Positions 30,940 through 40,311 of a stretch of 64,000 nt of DNA are shown here, one piece after another; position 1 is the stretch's first letter; each line of letters begins with the position of its first letter. The position numbers and the translations under genes were made by a program. Location: contig CAVQIS010000005.1 in NCBI GenBank assembly GCA_963712635.1, forward strand, positions 44,251 to 108,250. The letters run 5' to 3'. The notes beneath the pieces are model-generated. The model searched no databases and was not told the origin of the DNA. It saw only the letters and a program-made list of their open reading frames with translations. Source of the stretch: an uncultured Actinomycetes bacterium (lineage in GTDB: Bacteria > Actinomycetota > Thermoleophilia > Gaiellales > Gaiellaceae).

Positions 30940-32474
30940 TCGAGCGCGCGCTGATCTCGACGTTCGACAAGACGGGCCTCGAGGAGTTCGTGAGCGGGCT
31001 GACCGAGCTGGGCGTGGAGGTCGTCGCGAGCGGAGGCACGGCCGACCACCTGGCCGAGCACGGCATCGAGGTCACGCGCGTCGAGGAGCTGACCGAGATC
31101 CCGGAGCTCCTCGGCGGCCGAGTGAAGACGCTCCACCCGCGCATCCACGCTGCGATCCTCGCCCGGCGCGACCACCCGGACGACCTCGCGGCGCTCGACG
31201 AGCACGACATCCGGCCGTTCGACCTCGTCTGCGTGAACCTCTACCCGTTCACGCAGGTCGTCTCGCGGTACGGCGTCAAGGAGGAGGACGCTGTCGAGAT
31301 GATCGACATCGGCGGCCCCTCGATGCTGCGCGCGGCCGCCAAGAACTTCGCCCACGTTGCGCCGGTGTGCCTGCCGGAGCGCTACGGCTCGATCCTCGCC
31401 GAGCTCCGCGAGTCGGGTCAGGTCGCGCTCGAGACCCGGCGGGCGCTCGCGTCCGAGGCGTTCTCCGTGACGGCCGCGTACGAGGCCGCGATCGCGCGCT
31501 GGTTCGCCGACCGCGACGCGTTCCCCGATCTGCTGATTCCCGGCTTCGTGAAGGAGACCGACCTCGTCTACGGCGAGAACCCGCACCAGCGCGCCGCGTA
31601 CTACTCGGAGGCGGGCGTGCGGCGCCATCTGCTCTCCCGCGTGGGCCAGCTCCACGGGCGCGAGCTCTCCTTCAACAACCTCGCCGACCTGTCCGCGGCG
31701 CGGATGCTCATGCTCGAGCTGACCGTCCCGGCCTGCGTGATCGTCAAGCACGGCAACCCGTGCGGGGTCGCGGTCGCGGGCACGATCGAGGAGGCCTACG
31801 ACAACGCGCTGACGGCGGATCCGATGTCCGCGTACGGCGGCGTGGTCGTGGTCAACCGCCCGGTCGGGCCCGAGCTCGGCGGGAAGATCGCGGAGCAGTT
31901 CGTCGAGGTGCTGCTGGCGCCCGACTACGACGAGCAGGGGCTCGAGGCGCTCCGGCAGAAGCCGAACACGAGGATCCTCGTCGACCACGAGCGCCGTCGC
32001 TTCGACCCCGGCGAGCGCGACTTCCGGCGCGTGCTCGGCGGGATGCTCGTCCAGGACCGCGACTGGGGCGTCGAGGACCGCGAGGGCATGGAGGTCGTCA
32101 CCGGCGAGCCGTCCGAGGCGGACTGGGGCGACCTGCTCTTCGCCTGGCGCGTCTGCAAGCACGTGATCTCGAACGCGATCGTGATCGTCAAGGACCTGCA
32201 GACGATCGGGATCGGCGCGGGTCAGATGAGCCGGGTGGACGCGGTCAAGATCGCGGTCGAGAAGGCGGGCGAGCACGGCCACGACCTCGAGGGAGCCGCG
32301 CTCGCGTCAGACGCGTTCTTCCCGTTCCCGGACGGCCCGCGGGTCGCCCTCGACGCCGGCGTGAAGTCGATCATCCAGCCGGGCGGCTCGAAGCGAGACC
32401 AGGACGTGGTCGACGCAGTCGAGAAGGCGGGCGCCGCGATGGTCTTCACCCACCGCCGCCACTTCCGCCACTGA
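30936..32474 (+). CDS. purH: bifunctional AICAR transformylase / IMP cyclohydrolase
   Basis: From VIERALISTFDKTGLEEF: SGGTADHL, GGRVKTLHPRIHAAIL, VCVNLYPF, IDIGGPSMLRAAAKN, VIVKHGNPCGVA, DPMSAYGGVV, AIVIVKDLQTIGIGAGQMSRVD, ALASDAFFPFPDG, IIQPGGSKRD. No frame break seen. Confidence 0.9.
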   Translation: MIERALISTFDKTGLEEFVSGLTELGVEVVASGGTADHLAEHGIEVTRVEELTEIPELLGGRVKTLHPRIHAAILARRDHPDDLAALDEHDIRPFDLVCVNLYPFTQVVSRYGVKEEDAVEMIDIGGPSMLRAAAKNFAHVAPVCLPERYGSILAELRESGQVALETRRALASEAFSVTAAYEAAIARWFADRDAFPDLLIPGFVKETDLVYGENPHQRAAYYSEAGVRRHLLSRVGQLHGRELSFNNLADLSAARMLMLELTVPACVIVKHGNPCGVAVAGTIEEAYDNALTADPMSAYGGVVVVNRPVGPELGGKIAEQFVEVLLAPDYDEQGLEALRQKPNTRILVDHERRRFDPGERDFRRVLGGMLVQDRDWGVEDREGMEVVTGEPSEADWGDLLFAWRVCKHVISNAIVIVKDLQTIGIGAGQMSRVDAVKIAVEKAGEHGHDLEGAALASDAFFPFPDGPRVALDAGVKSIIQPGGSKRDQDVVDAVEKAGAAMVFTHRRHFRH

Positions 32475-32493
32475 ACGCTCGTACAATCGCGCC

Positions 32494-32842
32494 GTGACGG
32501 TCGAGAAGGCCCTTGTCGTCCTCGGAACCTTCGTCGCCGCCGCCTACGTCCTGGTCGGCATCATCGGCGGGCTCTCGTCCTCGCACTGGGACCGAGGCGA
32601 GCGCGAGTGACCAGGTCATCTGGGTCGTGCTCCTCGTCGGCGGCGGGATCCTTGTGTTCCTGGGGCTCCGTATGTCGAGACGCTCGCCGTGGCTCGGCGC
32701 AACGCTGATCTCGGTCGGAGCAGTCGCGGGTGCGCTTCCGATCTTCTGGACGATTCTCGCCCTCGTGGTGGCGGTCGCCCTGGTCGTGCTCAGCATCATG
32801 TACGCCCGCCGCGCAGCCGGCGCCTCCCCCGCGCCGGGTTAG
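32494..32842 (+). CDS. small membrane protein, unknown function; one frame break near 32600
   Basis: GTG 32494 gives VTVEKALVVLGTFVAAAYVLVGIIGGL. It continues in ORF 32513..32842 (VIWVVLLVGGGILVFLG...LISVGAVAGALPIFWTILALVVAVALVVL). Length = 1 mod 3. Confidence 0.5.
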
Positions 32843-32883
32843 CGACGAATTTCTCGACGGTCGGCGAACTAAGCTTCCAACGC

Positions 32884-34281
32884 ATGGCGCGCGAGTACCC
32901 GACCGTTCTCGACCTCGTCGGCCACACGCCGCTCGCGCGGCTTCAGCGGATCGTTCCCGACGGACGCGGCGACCGTCGTCGCCAAGCTCGAGTACATGGG
33001 CCCGGGCGGCTCGGTCAAGGACCGCATCGGGATCAAGCTGATCGAGGAGGCCGAGCGCAGCCGGGAAGCTGCAAGCCCGGAGGGACGATCGTCGAGCCCA
33101 CCTCGGGCAACACCGGCGTCGGGCTCGCCATCGCCGCCGCGATCAAGGGCTACCGCTGCATCTTCGTGATGCCCGACAAGATGAGCCAGGAGAAGATCTC
33201 GCTCCTGCGCGCGTACGGCGCCGAGGTCGTCATCTGCCCGTACGCCGTCGCGCCCGAGTCGCCGGAGAGCTACTACTCGGTGTCCGACCGCCTCGCCGAG
33301 GAGATTCCGGGCGCCTACAAGCCCGACCAGTACACGAACCGCGCGCAACCCGGAGGCGCACTACGAGTCGACCGGCCCGGAGATCTGGGAGCAGACCGGC
33401 GGGGAGCTGGACGCGCTCGTGATCGCGGTCGGCACCGGCGGGACGATCTCCGGCGCGGGCCGCTACATCAAGGAGCAGAGCCCGGACGTGCTGATCGTCG
33501 GCGCCGACCCCGAAGGCTCGATCTACACCGCCGGCGACGAGATCAGCACCCGTACCTCGTCGAGGGGATCGGCGAGGACTTCTACCCGGAGACCTTCGAC
33601 CGCGACATCGTCGACCAGTGGGTCACCGTGTCCGACAAGGACTCGTTCCTCACGGCCAGGCGGATGGCGCGCGAGGAGGGGCTGCTGATCGGCGGCTCCG
33701 GCGGCACGGCCGTCCACGCAGCGATCGAGGTCGCGAAGCAGCTCGGCCAGGGCAAGCTCGTCGTCACGCTGATCCCGGACAGCGGCCGCCCGTACCTCTC
33801 GAAGTTCTACGACGACAACTACATGCTCGAGCTCGGCTTCCTCGAGCGCGACGAGCCGTCGCCGAAGGTCGCCGAGGTCCTGAACGCGAAGGGCACCGAG
33901 GTTCCGAACGTCCCCGACCTGATCACGATCGCGTCCCACCAGAAGGTCGGCGAGGCGATCGACCTCATGCAGCGCTACGGGATCTCGCAGCTCCCGGTCG
34001 TGCGCGACGGCGAGCTCGACTCGCTCACCGACGTGATCGGCTCGCTCCAGGACCGCGACCTGCTCGACCGCGTCTTCAAGAACCCGGACGCGCTGCACGA
34101 CGACGTCGCCGCGGCGATGCAGCCGCCGCTCGCCGCGATCGACGCGGACGAGAAGCTGGACGAGGTCTTCTCCACGCTGAGCGGGGGCCGCGCGAACGCG
34201 GTCGTCGTCGCCGAGGGCGGCAAGCCGATCGGCGTGCTCACGCGAACCGACCTGCTCGAGTACTTGGCGCATAGACGGTGA
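32884..34281 (+). CDS. cystathionine beta-synthase (PLP tryptophan-synthase-beta fold plus a CBS-domain pair); about 6 single-base insertions
   Basis: ORF 32689..34281 from [17 protein letters not shown]. Motifs: [42 protein letters not shown] (ORF 33419), [15 protein letters not shown]. The C-terminal CBS pair reads [27 protein letters not shown]...[12 protein letters not shown]. Extra bases resolved at about 32965, 33062 and 33075. Confidence 0.85.
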   Translation: MAREYPTVLDLVGHTPLARLQRIVPDGRGDRRRQARVHGPGRLGQGPHRDQADRGGRAQPGSCKPGGTIVEPTSGNTGVGLAIAAAIKGYRCIFVMPDKMSQEKISLLRAYGAEVVICPYAVAPESPESYYSVSDRLAEEIPGAYKPDQYTNRAQPGGALRVDRPGDLGADRRGAGRARDRGRHRRDDLRRGPLHQGAEPGRADRRRRPRRLDLHRRRRDQHPYLVEGIGEDFYPETFDRDIVDQWVTVSDKDSFLTARRMAREEGLLIGGSGGTAVHAAIEVAKQLGQGKLVVTLIPDSGRPYLSKFYDDNYMLELGFLERDEPSPKVAEVLNAKGTEVPNVPDLITIASHQKVGEAIDLMQRYGISQLPVVRDGELDSLTDVIGSLQDRDLLDRVFKNPDALHDDVAAAMQPPLAAIDADEKLDEVFSTLSGGRANAVVVAEGGKPIGVLTRTDLLEYLAHRR

Positions 34282-35336
34282 CGGACGTCACACCGGCCGA
34301 GGCCCGGCGCATCGCCGTGCGCTCCCAGCTCCTCGACGGGTCGGCGAAGGACGTCCTGTCCACGGTCAGGCATCTCGGCCGTCTCCAGATCGACCCGATC
34401 TCGACCGTCGCGCCGCCCCAGTACCTCGTCCTCTGGAGCCGGCTCGGCCCCTACGACCGAGCCGAGCTCGACCGACTGCTCTTCGAGGAGCGGAAGCTCT
34501 TCGAATGGAATGCCTTCATCTACCCGATCGAAGACCTCCCTCTGATCCGCGCGCGGATGCGCGAGCCGTGGGGCCGCCAGAAATGGCAGCAATGGGCGAA
34601 GCAGTTCATGCAGGAGCAGTCCGGCCTGCGGCGCTACATCCTCCGCGAGCTCGAACGGCGGGGCCCGCTGCCGTCCCGGGAGCTGGAGCACCACGCCGCG
34701 CGCGCCGACGAGCGCACCGTGTGGTGGGGCACGCGTGCGCACATGACCTGGATGCTCGAGCTGCTCCACAGCCGCGGCAAGATCGCCGTCGCGGGGCGCC
34801 TGACCGGCCAGCGGCTCTGGGACCTCGCCGAGCGGGTCTGGCCGGAGACGGAGACGGTGCCGCTCGCGGACGCGCGGCGCATCCTCGCGGACAAGCAGTT
34901 CCGGGCTCAGGGCGTCCGACTCGAGCGGACCGGCTTCGTCGCGCATCCGGAGGCGGAGGACGGGCGCATCCCGACCCGCGTCACGTTCCTCTCCCCCTTC
35001 GACGGCCTGGTCAAGAACCGCGACCGCGCCGAGGCGCTCTGGGACTTCTTCTACCGGCTCGAGATGTACGTCCCAAAGACGAAGCGGGAGTACGGGTACT
35101 ACGTCCTGCCGATCCTGCGCGGCGACCGGCTGATCGGGCGCATCGAGCCGATCTACGACCGCAAGCTGGGGACGCTGCTCGTCAACGCCGTCTTCGCGGA
35201 GCCCGGCGCGCCGGAGGGGGCCGGCCCTGGGATCGCGACCGCGGTGCGGAGGCTCGCGCGTTGGCTCGGAGCGAAAGAGATCAACTACTCGCGGCGGCGG
35301 ATACCGGCGATGTGGCGAGCAGCGGTGCGTAACTAG
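34278..35336 (+). CDS. winged-helix DNA glycosylase YcaQ-like (DUF1006) protein
   Basis: Intact ORF (352 aa) with a GTGA overlap to CBS. Family-like stretches: VRHLGRLQIDPISTVAPPQYLVLWSRLGPYDRAELDRLLFEERKLFEW and REYGYYVLPILRGDRLIGRIEP. Confidence 0.65.
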   Translation: MTDVTPAEARRIAVRSQLLDGSAKDVLSTVRHLGRLQIDPISTVAPPQYLVLWSRLGPYDRAELDRLLFEERKLFEWNAFIYPIEDLPLIRARMREPWGRQKWQQWAKQFMQEQSGLRRYILRELERRGPLPSRELEHHAARADERTVWWGTRAHMTWMLELLHSRGKIAVAGRLTGQRLWDLAERVWPETETVPLADARRILADKQFRAQGVRLERTGFVAHPEAEDGRIPTRVTFLSPFDGLVKNRDRAEALWDFFYRLEMYVPKTKREYGYYVLPILRGDRLIGRIEPIYDRKLGTLLVNAVFAEPGAPEGAGPGIATAVRRLARWLGAKEINYSRRRIPAMWRAAVRN

Positions 35337-35345
35337 AATCGAGCC

Positions 35346-36498
35346 ATGGACTTCGAGACGAGAGCGATCCACGACGGGCCAGGAGCCCGACCCCGCAACC
35401 GGCTCCGTCGTCGTCCCGATCTACCAGACCTCGACGTACGCGCAGGAGGCCGTCGGCCAGAACAAGGGCTACGACTACTCGCGCGTCGCGAACCCGACGC
35501 GCACGGCGCTCCAGATCAACCTCGCCTCGCTCGAGAGCGCCGAGCACGGCGTCGCGTTCGCCTCGGGCATGGCCGCGGTCACGACGATCATGCACCTCGT
35601 CCACCCGAGCGAGCGCGTCGTCTCGGTGAACGACGTCTACGGCGGGGTCTACCGGCTCTTCTCGCAGGTGTACCAGCCGAAGGGGTACGACATCGAGTTC
35701 CTCTCGGCCGAGGAGATCAACACGAACCTCGCCGAGCACCTCGACGAGCGGACGCGCATCGTCTGGCTCGAGACGCCGACGAACCCGCTGCTGAACGTCA
35801 TCGACATCGAGGCCGCCGCGAAGGCCGCGCACGAGGTCGGCGCGATCGTCGTCGTCGACAACACGTTCGCGAGCCCGTACCTCCAGCGGCCGCTCGAGCT
35901 GGGCGCGGACATGGTCATGCACTCGACGACGAAGTACATCGGCGGGCACTCGGACCTGCTCGGCGGGTTCGTCGCGACGAACGACCCGACGATCGCGGAG
36001 CGCCTCTACTTCCTCCAGAAGTCCCTCGGCGGAATTCCCGGCCCGTTCGACTGCTGGCTCGTGCTGCGCGGGCTGAAGACGCTCGCCGTGCGGATGGAGC
36101 GCCACAGCGAGAACGCGCGGCGCGTGGCCGAGTACCTGGACTCGCACGACGCCGTCGAGCAGGTGCTCTACCCCGGCCTCGAGAGCCATCCTGGGCACGA
36201 GATCGCGAAGCGCCAGATGAAGGACTTCGGCGGGATGATCTCGTTCCTCGCGGCTTCCGAGGAGGAGGCGGTCGAGATCGTCGGGCGCACGAAGGTCTGG
36301 ACGCTCGCCGAGTCGCTCGGAGGGGTCGAGAGCCTGATCGAGCACCCGGCGCAGATGACCCACGCGTCGACCGCGGAGGGCCCGTTCGCCGCGCCGAGGA
36401 ACCTGATCCGCCTTTCGGTCGGGATCGAATCCGTCGACGACCTGATCGCCGATCTCGAAGCCGCGCTCGTCCGCTCGCCGGCCGCCGCCGGCGCATAG
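35346..36498 (+). CDS. cystathionine gamma-lyase / gamma-synthase family PLP enzyme; one frame break near 35380
   Basis: MDFETRAIHDG, then ORF 35569..36498 and upstream in the same frame: VVPIYQTSTYA, YSRVANPT, ASGMAAVT, DNTFASPYLQRPLELGADMVMHSTTKYIGGHSD (PLP Lys), ESLGGVESLIEHPAQMTHAS. Length = 1 mod 3. Confidence 0.85.
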
Positions 36499-36502
36499 GC
36501 CC

Positions 36503-37223
36503 TTGCGCGAGCAGGAAGACGCGTTCGGACGCGCCCTGCTCGATCAGCTCGAACGTGGCGACGCTCGAATCGTCGTCGAACGCGACGACGGATACGTCGA
36601 GACGGAAACGATCGCGTGGTACTTCGGCGGCCTGCGCCAATGGCACCCGTCGGAGAGACAGGCGTTGCGCCACGTTCGCGGCCGTGTCCTCGACATCGGC
36701 GCCGGAGCCGGACGCGCTGCGCTGGAGCTTCAGAAACGAGGCCACGAGGTCGTGGCCGTCGACATCTCTCCGCTGGCAATCGACGTCTGCCGGAAGCGAG
36801 GCGTCCGAGATGCGCGCGTCCTTCCCGTCACGAAGATCGACTCGTCGCTCGGAACGTTCGACACGGTCGCGCTGTTCGGCAACAACTTCGGTCTCTTCTC
36901 CACGGCCAGGCGGGCCCGCTGGATGCTGCGACGCCTGCGTGCGCTGACGACGCCCGAGGCGCGCATCATCGCCGTCAGCTACGACCCGTACGGAACGAAG
37001 AATCCCGACGATCTCGCGTACTTCGAGCAGAACCGGAAGCGAGGCCGTCTCGGCGGGCAGATCCGCCTGCGTGTGCGGTACAAGGCATACGCGACGCCGT
37101 GGGTCGACTACCTGATGGTGTCGCTCGACGAGATGAGAGAGATCGTCTCCGGGCACCGGTTGGGAGGTCGACCAGGTGCTCACCGACGACAATTTCTTCG
37201 TGGGAGTGATCGGGAAGTCGTGA
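36503..37223 (+). CDS. class I SAM-dependent methyltransferase; one frame break near 37155
   Basis: ORF 36503..37618 N-terminus with SAM motif I VLDIGAGAGRAALELQKRGHEVVAVDISP and FDTVALFGNNFG. After removing one base the tail reads GTGWEVDQVLTDDNFFVGVIGKS, with TGA at 37221-37223 (GTGA junction). Confidence 0.7.
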
Positions 37224-37618
37224 AGCTCAACCGTTCAGTCCCCGAGGCCGTCGTCATCCCCGAGCTTGCCTACCGCGACGTTCGCGAGGCGGTCGACTGG
37301 CTGACCCGTGCGTTCGGCTTCCGCGAGCGCCTGCAGATCGGCGACCACCGTGCGCAACTCGTCTACGAGGACGGCGCCGTCATCGTCATCCAGCGCGACG
37401 AACCGGCGCCTGCGAACGTGCTCGTCCGCGTTTCGGACGCCACCGCACACCACGAGCAGGCAGCCGCCGCGGGGGCGACGATCCTGAGCCCGCCCGAGGA
37501 TTTCCCGTACGGCGAGCGCCAGTACAACGCGCAGGACCCCGCCGGGCACGTCTGGACGTTCTCAGAGTCGATCGCAGACGTCGACCCCGCCGACTGGGGC
37601 GGAACCCTGAAGGACTGA
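37220..37618 (+). CDS. VOC (glyoxalase/bleomycin-resistance/dioxygenase) family protein
   Basis: GTG 37220. VKLNRSVPEAVVIPELAYRDVREAVDWLTRAFGFRERLQIGDHRAQLVYEDGAVIV...FPYGERQYNAQDPAGHVWTFSE. This is the last third of ORF 36503..37618. Confidence 0.7.
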   Translation: MKLNRSVPEAVVIPELAYRDVREAVDWLTRAFGFRERLQIGDHRAQLVYEDGAVIVIQRDEPAPANVLVRVSDATAHHEQAAAAGATILSPPEDFPYGERQYNAQDPAGHVWTFSESIADVDPADWGGTLKD

Positions 37619-37660
37619 GCGGTGTAGAGGGGGCAGACGCCACCTCGAAAGGAGCTCGAC

Positions 37661-38248
37661 ATGAAGCGCCTGCTGTTCGTCCTCGCCATCGCGATGCTGG
37701 CCCTGCCCGCGACGGCGCTCGCCAAGGGCCCGTCCGAGGCGAAGATCACCGGGCCCGGGCTCGCGACGGCGATCAAGATCTCGGGGGAAGAGACCGAGGG
37801 CTCGCCGATCATGGATCTCGCCGACGCAGCCGGCTTCTTCCCGGCCGCGTTCGGCCAGACCCCGAGCCCGATGACCGCCTCGGCCCCGAAGGGCAACCTC
37901 GGTCCGAAGTACTCGATCGAGTACACGGTTCCCGGCCCGGACGGCGGCAACCAGACGATCCGCCAGGACGCCTATCCGTACGCGACTCCGTACTCGGTCA
38001 CGTACATGAAGGCAGGGCAGGCGATCTTCGACATGAAGACGCATGGCGGCTGGTTCACGGACTCCAGGCTGAAGGAGGTCCTCGTCGCGCACGGGCTGCC
38101 GAAGACCGCAGCCGCGGCGACGTCGAGCAGCTCGAGCTCGGCCGGGTTCTTCTCGACCGGCAAGCTGGGCGGCCTCGTCCTCGTGCTGCTCCTCCTCGGC
38201 GGCGGGTTCGTCCTGATGCGCCGCCGCTCCGGAGAAGCCACGGCCTAA
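37661..38248 (+). CDS. secreted protein with a C-terminal membrane anchor, unknown function
   Basis: Intact ORF (195 aa) with an AAAGGAG ribosome-binding site. Signal peptide MKRLLFVLAIAMLALPATALA. The C-terminus is a Ser-rich linker, then LGGLVLVLLLLGGGFVL, then MRRRSGE. Confidence 0.6.
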   Translation: MKRLLFVLAIAMLALPATALAKGPSEAKITGPGLATAIKISGEETEGSPIMDLADAAGFFPAAFGQTPSPMTASAPKGNLGPKYSIEYTVPGPDGGNQTIRQDAYPYATPYSVTYMKAGQAIFDMKTHGGWFTDSRLKEVLVAHGLPKTAAAATSSSSSSAGFFSTGKLGGLVLVLLLLGGGFVLMRRRSGEATA

Positions 38249-38268
38249 GCGCCACTAGGATCCGGCGC

Positions 38269-39183
38269 GTGACGGGCGCGCCGGATCCTCTCGATCTCCA
38301 CCATCAGGGCGCGGAGCGCTCCATCGGCGTCTACCTGCTCGAGACCGAGGACGGGCTCGCGCTCCAGGACTGCGGGCCCTCCACGGACGTCAACGCGCTC
38401 AAGGCCGGGCTTGCAGAGGAGGGCCTCGTGCTCACCGACATCCGGCACCTGCTCCTGTCGCACATCCACCTGGATCACGCGGGAGCCGCGGGCACGCTCG
38501 TCCGCGAGCATCCGGGGCTGCAGGTGCACGTCTCCGAGATCGGAGCACCGCACCTCGTCGACCCGTCGCGGCTGGAGCGGAGCGCACGACGGCTCTACGG
38601 CGACGAGTTCGACACGCTCTGGGGAGAGCTCGCGCCGGTGCCGGAGGCGAACGTCCACGTCGTCGGCTCGTCGGTGATCGGGCTCGAGTGCTTCCCCACG
38701 CCGGGCCATGCGGAGCACCACGTCTCGTACCTCGACCGCGACGGGACGCTCTACGCCGGAGACGCGGCCGGCGTGCGGATCATGCCCGAGCGCCACGTCT
38801 GGCCCGTCTCCCCGCCGCCGGAGATCGACCTCGACGCCTGGGAGCGGACGATCGACGAGATCGAGCAGCGCGCTCCCGAGCGGCTTGCGCTCATCCACTT
38901 CGGCGTCGTCGACCAGCCGCGCGACCACCTGCGCCGTCTCCGGCGGCAACTCCGAGTGTGGGCGCAGCGCGTCCGCCAGGGCATGGACCAGGACGAGTTC
39001 GTCGAAGCCGCGCGGGCCGACCTCGAGGACGACATCGGAGAGGCGGTCTACTACGAGCGCGCCGCCCCGCTCTGGCAGTCCTACCTCGGCCTCAGGCGCT
39101 ACTGGGAGAAGCTGGAGCCGCTAGGCCTGGCCTGCCGCGCGCTTCCGGCGGGCGCTCAGCTCCGCCCATCCGCGGGCCTCTAG
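38269..39183 (+). CDS. MBL-fold metallo-hydrolase
   Basis: Intact ORF (304 aa). LLLSHIHLDHAGAAG (HxHxDH), PTPGHAEHHVSY, AGDAAG. The last ~25 residues may be extended artefactually. Confidence 0.75.
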   Translation: MTGAPDPLDLHHQGAERSIGVYLLETEDGLALQDCGPSTDVNALKAGLAEEGLVLTDIRHLLLSHIHLDHAGAAGTLVREHPGLQVHVSEIGAPHLVDPSRLERSARRLYGDEFDTLWGELAPVPEANVHVVGSSVIGLECFPTPGHAEHHVSYLDRDGTLYAGDAAGVRIMPERHVWPVSPPPEIDLDAWERTIDEIEQRAPERLALIHFGVVDQPRDHLRRLRRQLRVWAQRVRQGMDQDEFVEAARADLEDDIGEAVYYERAAPLWQSYLGLRRYWEKLEPLGLACRALPAGAQLRPSAGL

Positions 39184-39270
39184 CTCTCGGAGCCGCTGCA
39201 CCGTCGCCGCGCGCTCAGCTTGACGCTTACTCGGCTCCTTCTGACCCTTCGCCTTCATCGTCCCCTCGCC

Positions 39271-40311
39271 TCACCCGAGCGCGGCTCGATAGGCCGCGAC
39301 GTAGTCGGCGACCATTCGCTCCGGCGCGAAGAGCTCTTCGACGTACGCGCGGCACTCCATCGGGTCGAGCTCGTCTGCCCGGTCGAGAGCCGCGGCCATC
39401 TGGCGGTAGTTGTCGACGATGATCCCGCTTCGCCCGTCGTCGATCACCTCGGGCACGGCGCCGTGGCGAGTTGCGATCACAGGCGTGCCGCAGGCCATCG
39501 ACTCGACCATGACGAGCCCGAACGGCTCCTCCCACTCGATCGGGAAGAGCGTCGCGCGCGCCTCCTGGAGCAGCTCCACCTTCTCGCCGTGCGTGACCTC
39601 GCCGAGGTACTCGATCCCCCCGTGGCCCACGTGCGGCTCGATGAACTCGGCGTAGTACTGCCGCTCCTTCGGCTCACGGTTCTTGCCCGCCATCTTCAGC
39701 GGCAGGCCGAGCTCGATCGCGACGGCGATCGCCCGGTGCGCCCCCTTGTCCGGGCTGAAGCGCCCCAGGAAGAGCAGGTAGTCGCCGCGGTGCGGCTTGG
39801 CCGGATAGAGCGAGAGGTCGATCGCGTTCGGGATCGTCGCCGCCCAGGGCAGGTCGGGCATCGGCCGGCGCTGGTTCTCGGAGATCGAGATCAGCCCCAC
39901 TCCCGGCGCGGCCTCTGCGATCGAGTCGTAGGCGTCCTGCGCCTCGTGCGTGTCGAGCGGCCCGTGGACGGTGTGCAGGACCGGCGTCTGGGACAACCCG
40001 CCGAGCGCGGCGGCGGGGATCCCCGAGTGGTCGTTGATCACGTCGAACTCGTCCGCGCGCGTGTAGCAGGCGAGCGCGTGGCGGATCTCCGGCAGCGAGC
40101 GGCCGATCAGCTCGCTCGGCGCCTGCTCGAAGATGTAGGACAGGTTCGCCTTCGTCAGCGAGTCGCCCGAGGCGAAGAGCGTGACGTCGTGGCCCGCGTC
40201 GACGAGTCCGTCTGCGAGGAGCGACACGACGAGCTCGATGCCGCCGTAGCCGGTCGGCGGCACAGGGAACCACACGGGCGAGAGAACGGCTATCCGGAGC
40301 TTGTCACTCAC
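39271..40311 (-). CDS. GT4-family glycosyltransferase
   Basis: ORF 39271..40377. The likely start is GTG 40311 (VSDKLRIAVLSPVWFPVPPTGYGGIE), overlapping the upstream stop by 8 nt. The EX7E region is PIEWEEPFGLVMVESMACGTPVIAT. Confidence 0.8.
   Translation of the reverse strand: MSDKLRIAVLSPVWFPVPPTGYGGIELVVSLLADGLVDAGHDVTLFASGDSLTKANLSYIFEQAPSELIGRSLPEIRHALACYTRADEFDVINDHSGIPAAALGGLSQTPVLHTVHGPLDTHEAQDAYDSIAEAAPGVGLISISENQRRPMPDLPWAATIPNAIDLSLYPAKPHRGDYLLFLGRFSPDKGAHRAIAVAIELGLPLKMAGKNREPKERQYYAEFIEPHVGHGGIEYLGEVTHGEKVELLQEARATLFPIEWEEPFGLVMVESMACGTPVIATRHGAVPEVIDDGRSGIIVDNYRQMAAALDRADELDPMECRAYVEELFAPERMVADYVAAYRAALG

Noticed and set aside
30402-32474. Apparent trifunctional PurN-PurH fusion. 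No stop codon separates the two domains, and the ORF track even joins purM-purN-purH into one 991-aa ORF.
   Set aside because: The junction is CTCGTGATC, a GTGA start/stop overlap like many others in this window. One extra base near 30921 (gtc-A-gag) puts the purN TGA out of frame and brings purH into the purN frame. Removing it gives a normal purN ending ...KAVEELIS. The same mechanism explains the ORF fusions of methyltransferase-VOC (36503..37618), EamA-GNAT (21871..23313) and purM-purN.
38080-38248. A sortase sorting signal in the secreted protein 37661..38248 (LPKTA followed by a hydrophobic helix and RRR).
   Set aside because: The LPKTA motif lies about 25 residues upstream of the helix and lacks the terminal Gly. 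No sortase gene is in the window. A plain C-terminal TM anchor is the simpler reading.
39121-39258. A 45-codon basic ORF (MKAKGQKEPSKRQAERAATVQRLRELEARGW...) on the minus strand, just downstream of the GT4 gene, with a GAGGGG-type ribosome-binding site.
   Set aside because: It overlaps the last about 60 nt of the MBL-fold gene in antisense, has no recognisable family, and is short enough to arise by chance in GC-rich DNA. It may become credible if the MBL 3' end shortens after error correction.
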